NCBI GenBank assembly: GCA_003990765.1
Contig: RBNJ01000018.1
Location: 1-57,763, forward strand
Direction: 5' to 3'
From: Jimgerdemannia flammicorona
Taxonomy: Eukaryota
Length of the DNA: 57,763 nt
The number at the start of each line of letters is the position of its first letter. The stretch's first letter is position 1. The translations under genes were made by a program, and so were the position numbers. Under the pieces are notes generated by a model, which did no database searches, was not told the origin of the DNA, and was given only the letters and a program-made list of their open reading frames with translations. Below are positions 13,483 through 24,559 of the stretch, in pieces.

Positions 13483-16400
13483 ATATATAGAGACTACTAT
13501 CTTTCTTATAGATAAAGAGAATTGGTATACTATATAGTGATTTCAATAGACATATGAGCTCTTTGTTTGACAGATCTACTATCTGTTCCTTGAGAGTCTC
13601 TAGCTCAGGCTGAGCTAGTCAGTAGATTCTACAATAGAGAGAGTCTACTTCTAAAGTGGTTTTAATATTATATTCTACTGCTTAGATAGGTGGTAGTTCT
13701 TGGAGTTCTTGAAAGATATCTTTATAGTCTTTGAGTAGTTTCTGGAGTCGTTCTTCTTTATTATCTTTATTCTTTAATAGTTCAGAAAGATTATCATCAT
13801 TATTGTCATCTTCTTCTAATAGTTCTTTAATAGTATACATATATATAGATATACTGCTCTGAGTTCTGGATTAGCTTCTTTATTTGGATGGCAGATATGA
13901 TATCACACTTGTATTTTACTTTCTTCTTGACCTATTCTGGCTGTAGCTTGATATATCCTAGAGATTTTATTGGTTTACCAGTCAATATGTGGATTTTCTT
14001 AGGTGAGCCAGAATTTTCTGAGAATGAGATTATATTCTGGAAGATATACAATATGAAAGATCTGCTTTATGGTATAGTATCCTAGTTGTAGAAGTATATT
14101 CTTGCAGATTTTAAAGAGTTTCTGAATTATTTCATTTTCAAATATAGTGATATTTCTTTATACTTAAGTCTGAACTTATCAGCAGTCTCCTAGTTAGATA
14201 GTACTTGTTTGCTCTACTATTAGTGAGAACTTCAACAGGATTTTCTTTGATTTTCTCTTATAGCCAGATGTATTCAGAGTTGTCTTTTTACTAGGTAGTA
14301 ATTGTTTTTAAGAGACTACTTCTTCTCAGTCTTGTAAATCTCTATCTTTATTATTGATATTCTTGATTTCTTTATTCCATTATTCAGAAATAGTTGGCTT
14401 ATACTTCTTGGATTTGAGGACATAGGTAATATATTCTCCTATATATTCAAAATAGTATATCTTAATTTTGTGAGAACATTGTCCTACTGAGATATATATA
14501 TTTATCAGTAATATACTAGTACCATTTCTGATCTTGATCTTGAGGTTCTTCAATATGAATGATCTTTTATATCTTAGTCTTCTCCTGAGCCTTATCAGAG
14601 TGCTTTTCCATTGATCTGAAAGCCTTTTCTCCTCTATCAGAGAGTGATAGTTCATTTGTTTCTTCTATTTCAAGATTATTATATATTACCTCAATAATGG
14701 CTTAGGTGATTTATTTTCTATATATGATTTCAACTATCTTCTATCTAGTATTATATAGCAGAAGTATGATTTTACCTTTGAATTCTTGATCTACAACTTC
14801 TCTAGCTATATAGAGTCTTTCTTCCTTGGCTAGGCTACTTTTTTCTATAAGACAGATATAGATTTCCTTAGAGACTTCTATTTCAACATCTGTGCTAATA
14901 ATCACTTACTTATCTGGTTCAATGGTTATTTCCATGCTTGAGTAGAGATTATAGTCAGTATCAGATTTATGTACTTTGTTGGGAATTTTTGCAGTAATGT
15001 GGAATCTCTTGATCTTGATTTTTTCAGAGATTCTTTTGAGATTATCTTCTATTATAGTAATAGTATATGAAAAGAATAATCTATTATTCATATTAGTCTT
15101 CTTGTCAGGGTATTTGTAAGATATATATCCCTTCTTTTTATAGTAGAAATATACTTCTTACTTCTTGAGTTCTTTAAATTCCTTGTTAGATAGTTTTTTA
15201 TATCCTTTTGTAATTTCAGAGAGTTATTCTGAGGTTCATATCTCTTTTCAAATTAATGTCACTTGTCTTCTTTATTATTGTTTCTGTTGTTTCTTAGTCT
15301 TTGAGCTATTAGAATAGTATGTACTCTGATAATAGCTTATCCTAAGTACTATTGTTCATGTGGACAATTATAGAGTTATCTCTATTCTCAGATATTTTCT
15401 AATAACTATTCAGAGATAGTATTGAAAAAGTATACTACTCTGGTTCTATTTCACAGTGTGTTCTTGTCAGCTATATTTTGCTTCTATAGTATTCAGGAGG
15501 ATTTCTAATCTTATTGCAAATACTTCCAGGTCTTCTTTCCTATTATTGTAGAATTAGAGGTTCCTGAGCTTAGTTCTGATTTCAGTAATATAGATAGAGC
15601 TATAGAACTACTGGATAATTAGTTCTTTTAGACTCATAGTAGCTGGGTAGACTTTATAGTTAGGGTAATCATTACTTTCTTTACTTGTATTAATTTCAGC
15701 ATATGTTTCTCAGATGAGAGAGTATACTGGAAGATTGTATCACTACTAAGCAGCTATATCTATAAAATTAGTAGTAACTTTTTCTACTTATGAGTCTGTA
15801 GTTATATAGAGATCTTCAATCTCATAGTATTTATTATTAGTAAGAGTACTATCTGAATTCTTATTGTCATTTTATTTATTAATATAATTATTAGTATTGA
15901 CTTATTCTATAAATATTATTTCTTAGTCTGCTTTGTTTTCAAATAGTATAAGTTGAAGGCCTTTTATAGATTTATTTGTTTTAATACTAAGACAGAGGGC
16001 TTGGGTAAGTATGGTCACTTAGTCAGCTAGAGCTACTATCTTTTTATCTACTGATATCAATCTACTATTCTCATCACTTATATGGTGAGATAGTAGTAGT
16101 CTTTCTTCAGATATTGTTATTTTAGAAGTAGTATAACATACAGTTGTTTCTTCTATAATATTATAAAGATAGATAAACTTAGTGACCAGTCTTTAGATTG
16201 ATAGTTTTGATAGAGTTATTGCTAGATCTTCTGCAGTAATTTTTTTTTGAAAAACTTGATATTCTTAATAGTGAGTCTATAATAGTACTGAGGCTACTAG
16301 TATTAGGTTCAGGTATTTCTTCAACTATTCTCCTAGGTTAAGATAATATAGTAGAGACTTTGCTAGATCTATTAGTTTGCAATCCTTACTCTTGAATTAT

Positions 16401-16837
16401 CTTTACTTATATATAGAGGACTTAGTGAAAGAGGTGAGATTTTCTTTAGTTAGTATAATATCTCTTATAGTTCAGAAAGGCCTTACCTTTGTAGTAGCAA
16501 TCATTGGAGAGAGAATTTAGAAAATATTCACTTATGGCTTTAATAGATTCTCTTATATATTTCTCATAAAAATAATTACTAATTAATCTTTTGAATTCTT
16601 CTCTAACTCCTTGAGTATAGATAATATCTTTATTAAGTATAATAAATATATTGAATACTTCTTAAATAGTTTCATTATTAAGTCTGTCAAATTCTTCTTA
16701 ACTGATATAGATCTTAGTCTACTTAGTGATAATTCTATTAGTTTCTTCAGCTTAGTTCTAGAGAGTAGTCAGGGTAAAGATATTCTTTGGTTATTACTAA
16801 TAATATTAGTAATATTGACTAAGTTGTCTATATTCAT
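13483..16837 (-). pseudogene. Family D gag, dUTPase, protease and RT start
   Basis: KKDSSL (RT start ~13500); VLTNSRANK = decayed D-S-G protease ~14220; dUTPase ~14600-15030 (KSSLAK...VVDQEFKG...RGEKAFRS); knuckle ~15120-15160. Confidence 0.75.
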
Positions 16838-16896
16838 AGTAGGTTCCTTGAGGGAAGCTTACTTGTGGATGAGAGTAGCTTCTACTGTTACTAAAT

Positions 16897-17372
16897 TATA
16901 ATAAAACTATATATTAATAGAATTAATATATTATAGATAATTAAGATGACTATTAGCCCTAAGTTCTGAGTTTTTATAAGGAAGCACTAAGTTTCAATTG
17001 TCTGTTACAGTGGTATAGTTCAGGTATCATTTTTGAATTCTTGTATTGATAGAGATACTATACTTATATCTCAAGTTGATCAGACTCAGAATTGTTAATA
17101 AGTTATTCTAAGAGTTCTTAATAAGAATACTGCTTTATTCTTATATTCAGAGAAAGTAGAGCTAAGATTATAATATACTTAGTACAGAGGGTATTTATAT
17201 AGATTTAAAGTTATAACTAAATATAATATGTTAGATATATTTATATACAGTTATACTATATATAGTATTTATAACTACTCTTTGGAATTTTCATTGGAAT
17301 TTTCTTTGGAATTTCTGCTGAAATTTCTGTTGGAAATTTCAGTAGCTTGTTGGTATATAATGAATCATTATA
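16897..17372 (-). repeat. 5' LTR of family D element
   Basis: Direct-repeat partner of 1430-1903; decayed TGGTAGCAG-type PBS immediately internal. Confidence 0.8.
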
Positions 17373-17914
17373 GTAGATTTTTATATCTTTTCTTAACTTC
17401 TTAGAGTTATAAATAGTATCTATCTGATCTTATTATCAGACTATCAGATAAAGCTCAAACTCTTTTGATCTGAGATTTATTCACTCTAGATACTGAATTA
17501 TATATTTATATAAGTTTATTAGCTATATAGCTAAGTTATAAGTTATATATTATATAATATATATATATATTTCTTATAATTATAAGTTTTTTGAGCAAGT
17601 AAATAATTTCTCTATATTATATAGATCAGATGACTATTAACTATATACTATATACTAAATTTGGAAATTAGATTTAGATATTATAATTAAGTATCTATCT
17701 TCTAAGTCTTAGTTCTAATTTAAAATATATATATATTATAATATTTTTTTTTCTTTATTTAAGAGTTTAGTAGTATAAATCTCCTCAGTATAACTTAGTT
17801 GAACTAGTTCTTCACTATTGACCATTTTATATTTATATAACTATTATAACCTATTTATATATTATTATAAAGTTTCTTAATAAAATAAGATATAACTTCA
17901 CCTCTACTATCATA

Positions 17915-18346
17915 TGTAATAATTCTAGTTACTTTAAGAGGAAGCAACTAAGTTTAGAGTTTCTGATAAGTCTGGAGTAGCTCAAAGAGATACTAAATAT
18001 TGAAAAAGAATATTTTAAATAAATAGAGAGAATGTTTATATAAGATTAAGAAAGATCTGAAAAAATCTTAGAAATAAATAAAAAAGCCAAAAATATATTA
18101 AGAAAGAGTCTTAGCAAATGATAACTAAAGAATTTCAACAATATTTCAAGAGATTCTATAACCAGTTAAGATAAGATACTTGGTACTGAGAAAAGATAAG
18201 AATGTTCTAGTAAAATCTTACTATTAAGAGAAGATTTCTAAATATTTGGAAAGTACTGAAACATTGTAAAATGTTCAAGAGGAGACAAGGGGAAGCTGGA
18301 GAAAATATATGAAAATAAGCTATGACTAAAGAAATTCACAATTACA
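17915..18346 (-). mobile_element. Old LTR related to family C with adjacent PBS; decayed internal sequence to the left (17373-17914)
   Basis: TGTAATAATTCTAGTT...GAGGAAGCAA matches the reverse complement of the end of LTR 53467-53860; ends ATTACA; PBS-like tgatagtagagg adjacent. Confidence 0.7.
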
Positions 18347-19050
18347 TAAAGTGTAATATTTGTCTTCTCCATTTTCTGTCTTACTTGAGTGGCAATATTT
18401 CGAATGAACAACCGACGCCACTTTCAATGTCCTCCTCTGCTGTATATTTTAGATGTTGACTACTCTATCTAGTGTTGAAATAACTCTCCGATTATCGCCC
18501 ACGATTCTGCTCGCTTCAAGACCGGCTTGATCGAGAATAGGGATGACCGACAAATTTCTTGATGATTGCCAAATTCAGCGTCTGAAGGTTGCCAAAACCA
18601 TATTGAAATATAACCTGGCACAGATCCTGAATATATTTAATGCATGCGACGGATCAAACAGCCAAACGAAGATCTAGAAAAAATGCGCCCTCCATGTTCC
18701 TTGCTTCAAAATGCGGATTATACTGATAAACGCCAACAAAAAATCATCTCTTCAAGGTTGTGGGTGTGCGAGCTTTGACTATCGGCTTGCCCCATCTGGT
18801 ACTTGAACGCGCCATCCTCTTCCCCAAACGCACGGTGGCGCCGGGTACGTCAGGTGCTTTCGGGTCTTTCCTAAACACGGCCTCCAACATCGGGATTTTG
18901 ACGGCGCTGCCACTGGCAAGCGGAGTATTAATCAAGACATCTAATTTAGTGCACTATCATAGATATTCAATTTTTTTTTTTTAATTTTCAACCTGTTTTT
19001 CTCCTATGATTGAGGTTATTTCATTGTTATTGAAAAGAATATTTCTTGAT

Positions 19051-19443
19051 TTACTTTGATATATTTACTTTTAAATATAGCATATTCAGTGCGCTGTAAT
19101 AATTGACAATGGATTCCACATGAACTGGGAGACACCGGAGGCCAATGGACTGTTGAGTGATATGGTGGACTGGACGAGTGAACGTGGATTGGGTGGGCGA
19201 AAGTGGATACTGAACGAGCGAACGCGGATTATATGGGCGGACATGGCCCGGACGAACATGTGGATTGGATGGTGGACTGCGGTGGGAATGGTGATGGGAA
19301 TGGGGGAATTGTGAATTTCGGTGGTGGACTGCGTTGATGGGAGGGAAAGGTGAATTTTGGAGAGGTGAATTTGGAGTGGTGGACTGGGGAATTGTGAATT
19401 TCGGTGGTGGACTGCTGGTGATGGGCCCCGAATATGACGCCAT
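19051..19443 (-). other. Pro/Ser/His-rich low-complexity ORF built partly from internal repeats; possible host exon or pseudogene
   Basis: 130-aa ATG ORF in a CpG-normal island; duplicated GGGAATTGTGAATTTCGGTGGTGGACTG (~19304, ~19387) and recurrent GTGGAC/T. Confidence 0.25.
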
Positions 19444-19679
19444 ACTCCGCTGAAAACAATGACGACGGACTCAAAACCACACTGATGGACACCGATGACT
19501 GCTAATGGACGGCAAAACGAAATAGTGAAGAACTTAGGTGACTGTCCTCTCCGATCCACGTTTCCGTTGAACGTTCGAAAATATGGATATGAGACCTTAC
19601 CCATGATTTATAGAACTATTCCACTGGTCCCTTTGAGGGTGAGGATAGTTTGTGCCAAAGGCCTACTGACAATGATCAC

Positions 19680-19752
19680 CGATCCCAAAGTTGATCCCCG
19701 AGTTGACCGAGTTGACCTCCTCCAAGTTGACCTCCGAGTTGACCTCCAAGTT
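19680..19752 (+). repeat. Short tandem repeat GTTGA(C/T)C(T)CC(A/G)A
   Basis: About six imperfect ~12-bp units. Confidence 0.7.
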
Positions 19753-20432
19753 GGAGACAGTCTCAGAAAAGGAACAGTTTTAGAAAAGTGATATCTTTTA
19801 GTCTGTGGGTGTGTTGGTGTTGCATGTAAATGACACTTAAATTGGAAGGTGATAGAGTTGTTTGTCTGTCTATTGTTGTGTTGAATTCGTTGTATTTCAG
19901 CGTTTCGACGTTTCGACGTTGTGTATGTTTGCCCAAACCTGGGGCGACCCTAAAACGGTGAAAATAGATCGCAGAACGATCATTATGGTTGAAAAACGAT
20001 GTTGGCAAAACTTCAAAATAAGAACGACTACAAAGGCAAAAGGTTGGTGACGGACTGCAAAATGATGACGGACTGCAAAATGACCAAAACAATGACGAGT
20101 TATGGGATCGGACAGTGAAATCTTATGACGTGTGAATAGTTGATGCAAACAGCACAGCGGTGAGTGTTTCTACTCTACTGAAGAGCAGTGGCCAACTTCA
20201 AAAATTGTGAGTTCGTGCATGCCGTTCTAAAATGCAAATCGCTATGCAACTCTTTAAAAGATAAGGGCTTTTAATCGTTGTGCAACCCTTTAAAAAATTG
20301 GGTCTAGGAGGGAAAAATAGAACTATGAGACTAAGGAAAGTCGGGAACATCGCGTGCACTCGTGGTCAAAACAGTTTGGTTTCACATTTTGCATATTAAC
20401 CCAGCGCCTTCCCTTCTTTTCGCCCATCCAAC

Positions 20433-20700
20433 ATGGGCAACACATTCTCTCGCCGTCGTGCCTCAAAACGGCGGTCTCGCGAACCTCCCGAGATGAAGTA
20501 TCCCGCATTCACCCTATGATACAGGTGTACGGTGTGTTCATTGTGCGCTTCATCCAGATGATCCACGACATAGTCCTAGTGAAGAACCAAAAACGCTGGC
20601 GGTTCCCGAACTCAGAGCTGGAGAGACTGGTGGCGGCCACGGCAAAAGGCCCCGCGGACAGTAAGAATCGAAGGGAGATGTTGAAGAAACTTAAGCATAT
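20433..20700 (+). pseudogene. Frameshifted, partial inverted paralog of the 21550-21215 ORF
   Basis: ATG GGC AAC ACA TTC TCT (MGNTFSRRRASKRRSRE), 1-nt frameshift near 20492, then VSRIHPM...LKKLK; lacks the GSFVVLDLR segment. Confidence 0.7.
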
Positions 20701-20810
20701 AACTGGACTGTTGCAATACCCACAGTTGACTATATATATATATATATGTACTAGGCTAGAACCTTAATCAAACTATCATTTGCCTTGTGAGACTGCAAGA
20801 AACTCTGCTG

Positions 20811-20811
<1 letters not shown>

Positions 20812-20892
<81 letters not shown>
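20812..20892 (+). repeat. ~80-nt poly(T)
   Basis: Homopolymer between the two inverted paralogs. Confidence 0.9.
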
Positions 20893-20896
<4 letters not shown>

Positions 20897-21214
20897 CATT
20901 TTGACTGCGTTTTGGGTTTATATAGTTTTCATATTTCTTGGAGGAAAGGTTTGTTATGCCAGAACTTACATTTTGAAGCTGAAGTTGATGGTTCTCAAGT
21001 TATTGCAACTGAGTTAAAAATCCTGAAGGGGAAGCTAACTGGCCTTTTTTTTTATCTCATTTGAGATATCTTTTAAAAACTTCCGTTTCAATTTTTTCCC
21101 ATCATCTCAATCGTCGTTTTGTCATATCAATCATCGTTCGGCGTGCTATCTCAATCGTCGTTAGCTCCAACTTGAATCTTTCGAACTCCGCTTCGGTCTC
21201 GTCAAAGCAGCTCA

Positions 21215-21550
21215 TCAACGAGATCGCCAGTTCAGACGGTCACATTCTCTGCGCTCTCTGGATTTGAGTTTCTTCAATATCTCCTTTCGATTCTTACTGT
21301 CCGCGGGGTCTTTTGCCGTCGCCGCCACCAGCCTCTCCGGCCCCAAGTTCGGGAAACGCAAATCAAGCACCACGAAGCTGCCCCAACGTTTTCGGTTCTT
21401 CACTAGGACGTTGTCGTGGATCAACTGGATGAAGCGCACAACGAACACACCGTACACCTCCATCATAGGGTGAATACGGGATACTTTATCTTCAGGGAGT
21501 TCGCGGGATCGACGTTTTGAGGCACGACGGCGAGATAATGTGTTGCCCAT
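21215..21550 (-). CDS. Small basic hypothetical protein with N-terminal MGxxxS (myristoylation-like) motif; may continue by frameshift to ~21103
   Basis: 111-aa ORF MGNTLSRRRASKRRSRE... conserved with its inverted paralog; another frame continues ELAISLMSCFDETEAEFERFKLEL. Confidence 0.45.
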   Translation of the reverse strand: MGNTLSRRRASKRRSRELPEDKVSRIHPMMEVYGVFVVRFIQLIHDNVLVKNRKRWGSFVVLDLRFPNLGPERLVAATAKDPADSKNRKEILKKLKSRERRECDRLNWRSR

Positions 21551-22644
21551 GTTGGATTGGCTGAAAGGACAGGGTTAAGTGTAAAATGATGGATTCAAGT
21601 TGTTTCAGACTAGACTGGAAGGGTTTATGTTGGACATTTTTAGTCTGTGGACCCTTGATGATGTATGAATGGTCCTCTAGATTCAAAACTATGAATAGGG
21701 TAACCTTTAATTGCGGGGAAATAATGCCGTGACTGTTTAATAACAATAAATTAATCACACCCCGCTCAAAAACTGTCACGCCAAAATATGCGTGCTCAGG
21801 TGCCCTCAGCAGTAAGAGAACAGATTCGTTTATTAGACATTAATGATCTGGACAAAGGAGCTACAAATTGTTGGAGTGGCTTTTCAAAACCTTTCCCTGA
21901 AGACACTGCTCAATCAAAAACAATCTTGTGTCCAAATCATTGTTGGGCTTCATTTGGGTCAGGGCTTTCAGAGATTTGTATGTTGACAGAGGGTGGTTCA
22001 GTAGAGGTCCATTGGCATTTGATAGTCATAAGGATGGCTGTGGCAATCTTGTTCTTAGTTTGCTCTTAGTACTATTAATAGTTATTTATATTATAGAGAG
22101 TTATCTATATAATATTCAGAGATATTTATACTTATCTTGTCAGAGGTATGACTGTCTTTGGAAATTCTATTGAAATTTCTGTTATACTATATATTTATAT
22201 CAGACTACTGCTTCTATATTTAATAGGTGATTATCTTCTTTTTTTCAAATAATATCATATTTAGAGTAATTTTTTTATTTTACCAGATAGTACTAGATGA
22301 GCTTGGCAGCTTGTCTGAATTGTCAGTCCTTGTGATCTATAATATAATTGACTTTATATTCCAGTTCTTAATTGATAATAATCAGATCCAAAAATAGTAT
22401 AATTATTTCTTTAAAGATATTTGGGATATATAGCTAAAGTTAAAATATATAGAATACTAGATGAATTCTTCTGAGAATTACTAGAAGGTCTAATTTATAT
22501 GCAACAGGACTGTATTTCTTAAATAGTCCAATATAGTAGGGTCTGAGCTTCTTCTTTAGTTCTATTATCTAGAGTTAGATATTACATACTGAGTAATATA
22601 TATTTATCTTTTTTATAAGTAACTTCTCTTTTATTTTTGTCTAT

Positions 22645-24200
22645 TGTCACATAGTAGTTACTGAGTCCTTCAAATATGTCAGATTCTCTTCAAGGTATAT
22701 CTCTTAGACTAACCACAAGTTTGTTATAAGTAAGTTCTTATTGGAGTGTCTTTCCAAGATCTTATAGTCCTCAAACTTCTTATCTTTAAACTGTCTTGTT
22801 ATCTCTTAGATTGCTTGCAAGGAATTGAAGATAAGTGAACTTGACTGACTTTATTTCAAAGGAAATAAGAGAGGTATTTATATAAAATATAATTCAATGG
22901 TTGCTAAGTTATAAAGCTAAATATGAATTCCAATAACTAAATAAAATACTGGAACACAGAAAACTATAGTTGTCTATACAACTGGTTACATAAGTTTAGG
23001 ATGTCAGTAAAATTTTAATAGTACAGGAAAAGGATACTAGAAGAATTTCTAAGTTATATAAGATCAGAATGCCAGAAGAATAACAGTTATACAGGAAAAG
23101 GATACTGGTAGAATCTGATGTTACCAAGAACTTAAAGCAGAATATTCAGAACTATGGGGGCTTCATCCTCATCATTACTAAAGGAGATGAGATCTACAAA
23201 TATTTCATCCATTTCTCATACTTTGTGTATCTTGTATATGTTGTGCAGGATGATATCATTGCTGATGACATTATCATGTTCAGCAGCAGAGAGAACAAGG
23301 AGGTCTGAGGCTCTCTAATCTATGACATTCTCTTCTACAAAATAAGAAACAAATGTGGGGTCCTAGAGAGGTCTAACCTAGATACTGGGATCTTGGAATG
23401 CTGAGATCAATTGTTGTAGGAATTGATCAGAATTATTCTTGAAGATAGGATTCCAGAACTCTCCTATCTCATCACTATTGAGGGTGATAGTAGACTGGGC
23501 TTCTGTAGCCATCATGGCCTCTAGTGTATTGATGCAGAAAGCTGATAGTTTCTTGAAGTCTGAGATTCTAGTGTACTTCAAGTTGGGGATCAACAATAGT
23601 GCATATCTGAAGACTTGATGAATCTTCTTTACTATTCTTATTTCTCATATATCCATGGGAGTAGCATCTTATATTTCTTGGTAACTGGTCTGAGGGAATT
23701 TCCAGCAGAGGAGGTTTCCTATTTCATACTCCTGCTATATCCAGAGGTATTCAGTAGTGATGGTGATCCTTATTTCCATTTTATGGCAGTAGAGAATATA
23801 ATGATAGGGGTCATCAGTACCCAGGTTGACACTAGGAGTCCTTCTTGTATAGGTCCTCATAGCTCTTCTGATGTCTTGGAATATCCTATCCTAAACTGAG
23901 GGACTTTGGTAGTTCCTAGATCTTGAGGTTTGGTGAGTAGCAGACATTTTGTTTATAGTAAGTCTTTAAAACTATTTCTGTAAGCTTTGTTTGGATTGCT
24001 GCTACTGCAGTTCCTTGATCCTTCTTTTATATTTCTCGAGATGTCTGTCTTATAGTTACAATGACTCATAGTTGGTCATTATTACTTATCTTGTAGCTTG
24101 GATGAGTCATGCCATATGACCTTTCTGTGCTCCAATCTGGTAGCTTATAAGGAAAGACTGTCTTCTGTGCTGATGTCATTATTCTGAGGTCACTGTTACA
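22645..24200 (-). repeat. 3' LTR of A2 (contains decayed accessory ORF ~24182->23132)
   Basis: TGTAAC...GTGACA termini; ORF-track fragment LIPNLKYTRISDFKKLS. Confidence 0.92.
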
Positions 24201-24559
24201 TCTTTCTCCTGAATAAGGATCTTCTTGAATGTCCTTATTCATTGATCCAGTCCTGAAAAATTTGCTGATCCTATAACCTCTGGCAGGGAGTCAAAAAGTG
24301 ATGTTTATGGACTGGTGTCTTCTTTATATATTTTGGCATGATGGTAAAGAGTTGCTCCCTTCATATAGAGTAAGGGCCTGATTCTGATCTTGACCAATCA
24401 GTTGACAGTTTAAACTCCTCTGGCTTCAAAAGTCTCATGAATGAGTAGTTGCTAGTACTATATCTCTTAGAGAATGGTCCAGACAGATTACCTACTGGTC
24501 ATAAGATATGCTGTTATGATTCATAGACTAGAACCTCACAGGCAGTCATTATATTTTAC

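Larger units (their letters stand above)
1430..17372 (-). mobile_element. Decayed Ty3/Gypsy chromovirus-like LTR retrotransposon, family D (copy D1), interrupted by a Copia and a solo LTR-A
   Basis: Related ~475-bp direct repeats at 1430-1903 and 16897-17372. Decayed PBS beside 16896 and purine tract beside 1904. Minus-strand gag, Zn knuckle, dUTPase, PR, RT, RNase H, IN and chromodomain remnants. No matching TSD seen. Confidence 0.8.

Noticed and set aside
1425-17377. TSD for element D1
   Set aside because: Flanks ATATG and GTAGA do not match; the two LTRs may be recombinant or too decayed.
18400-18950. Possible exons of a host gene
   Set aside because: CpG-normal and coding-like in patches, but every frame has stops and I could not build a consistent splice model or identify a domain.
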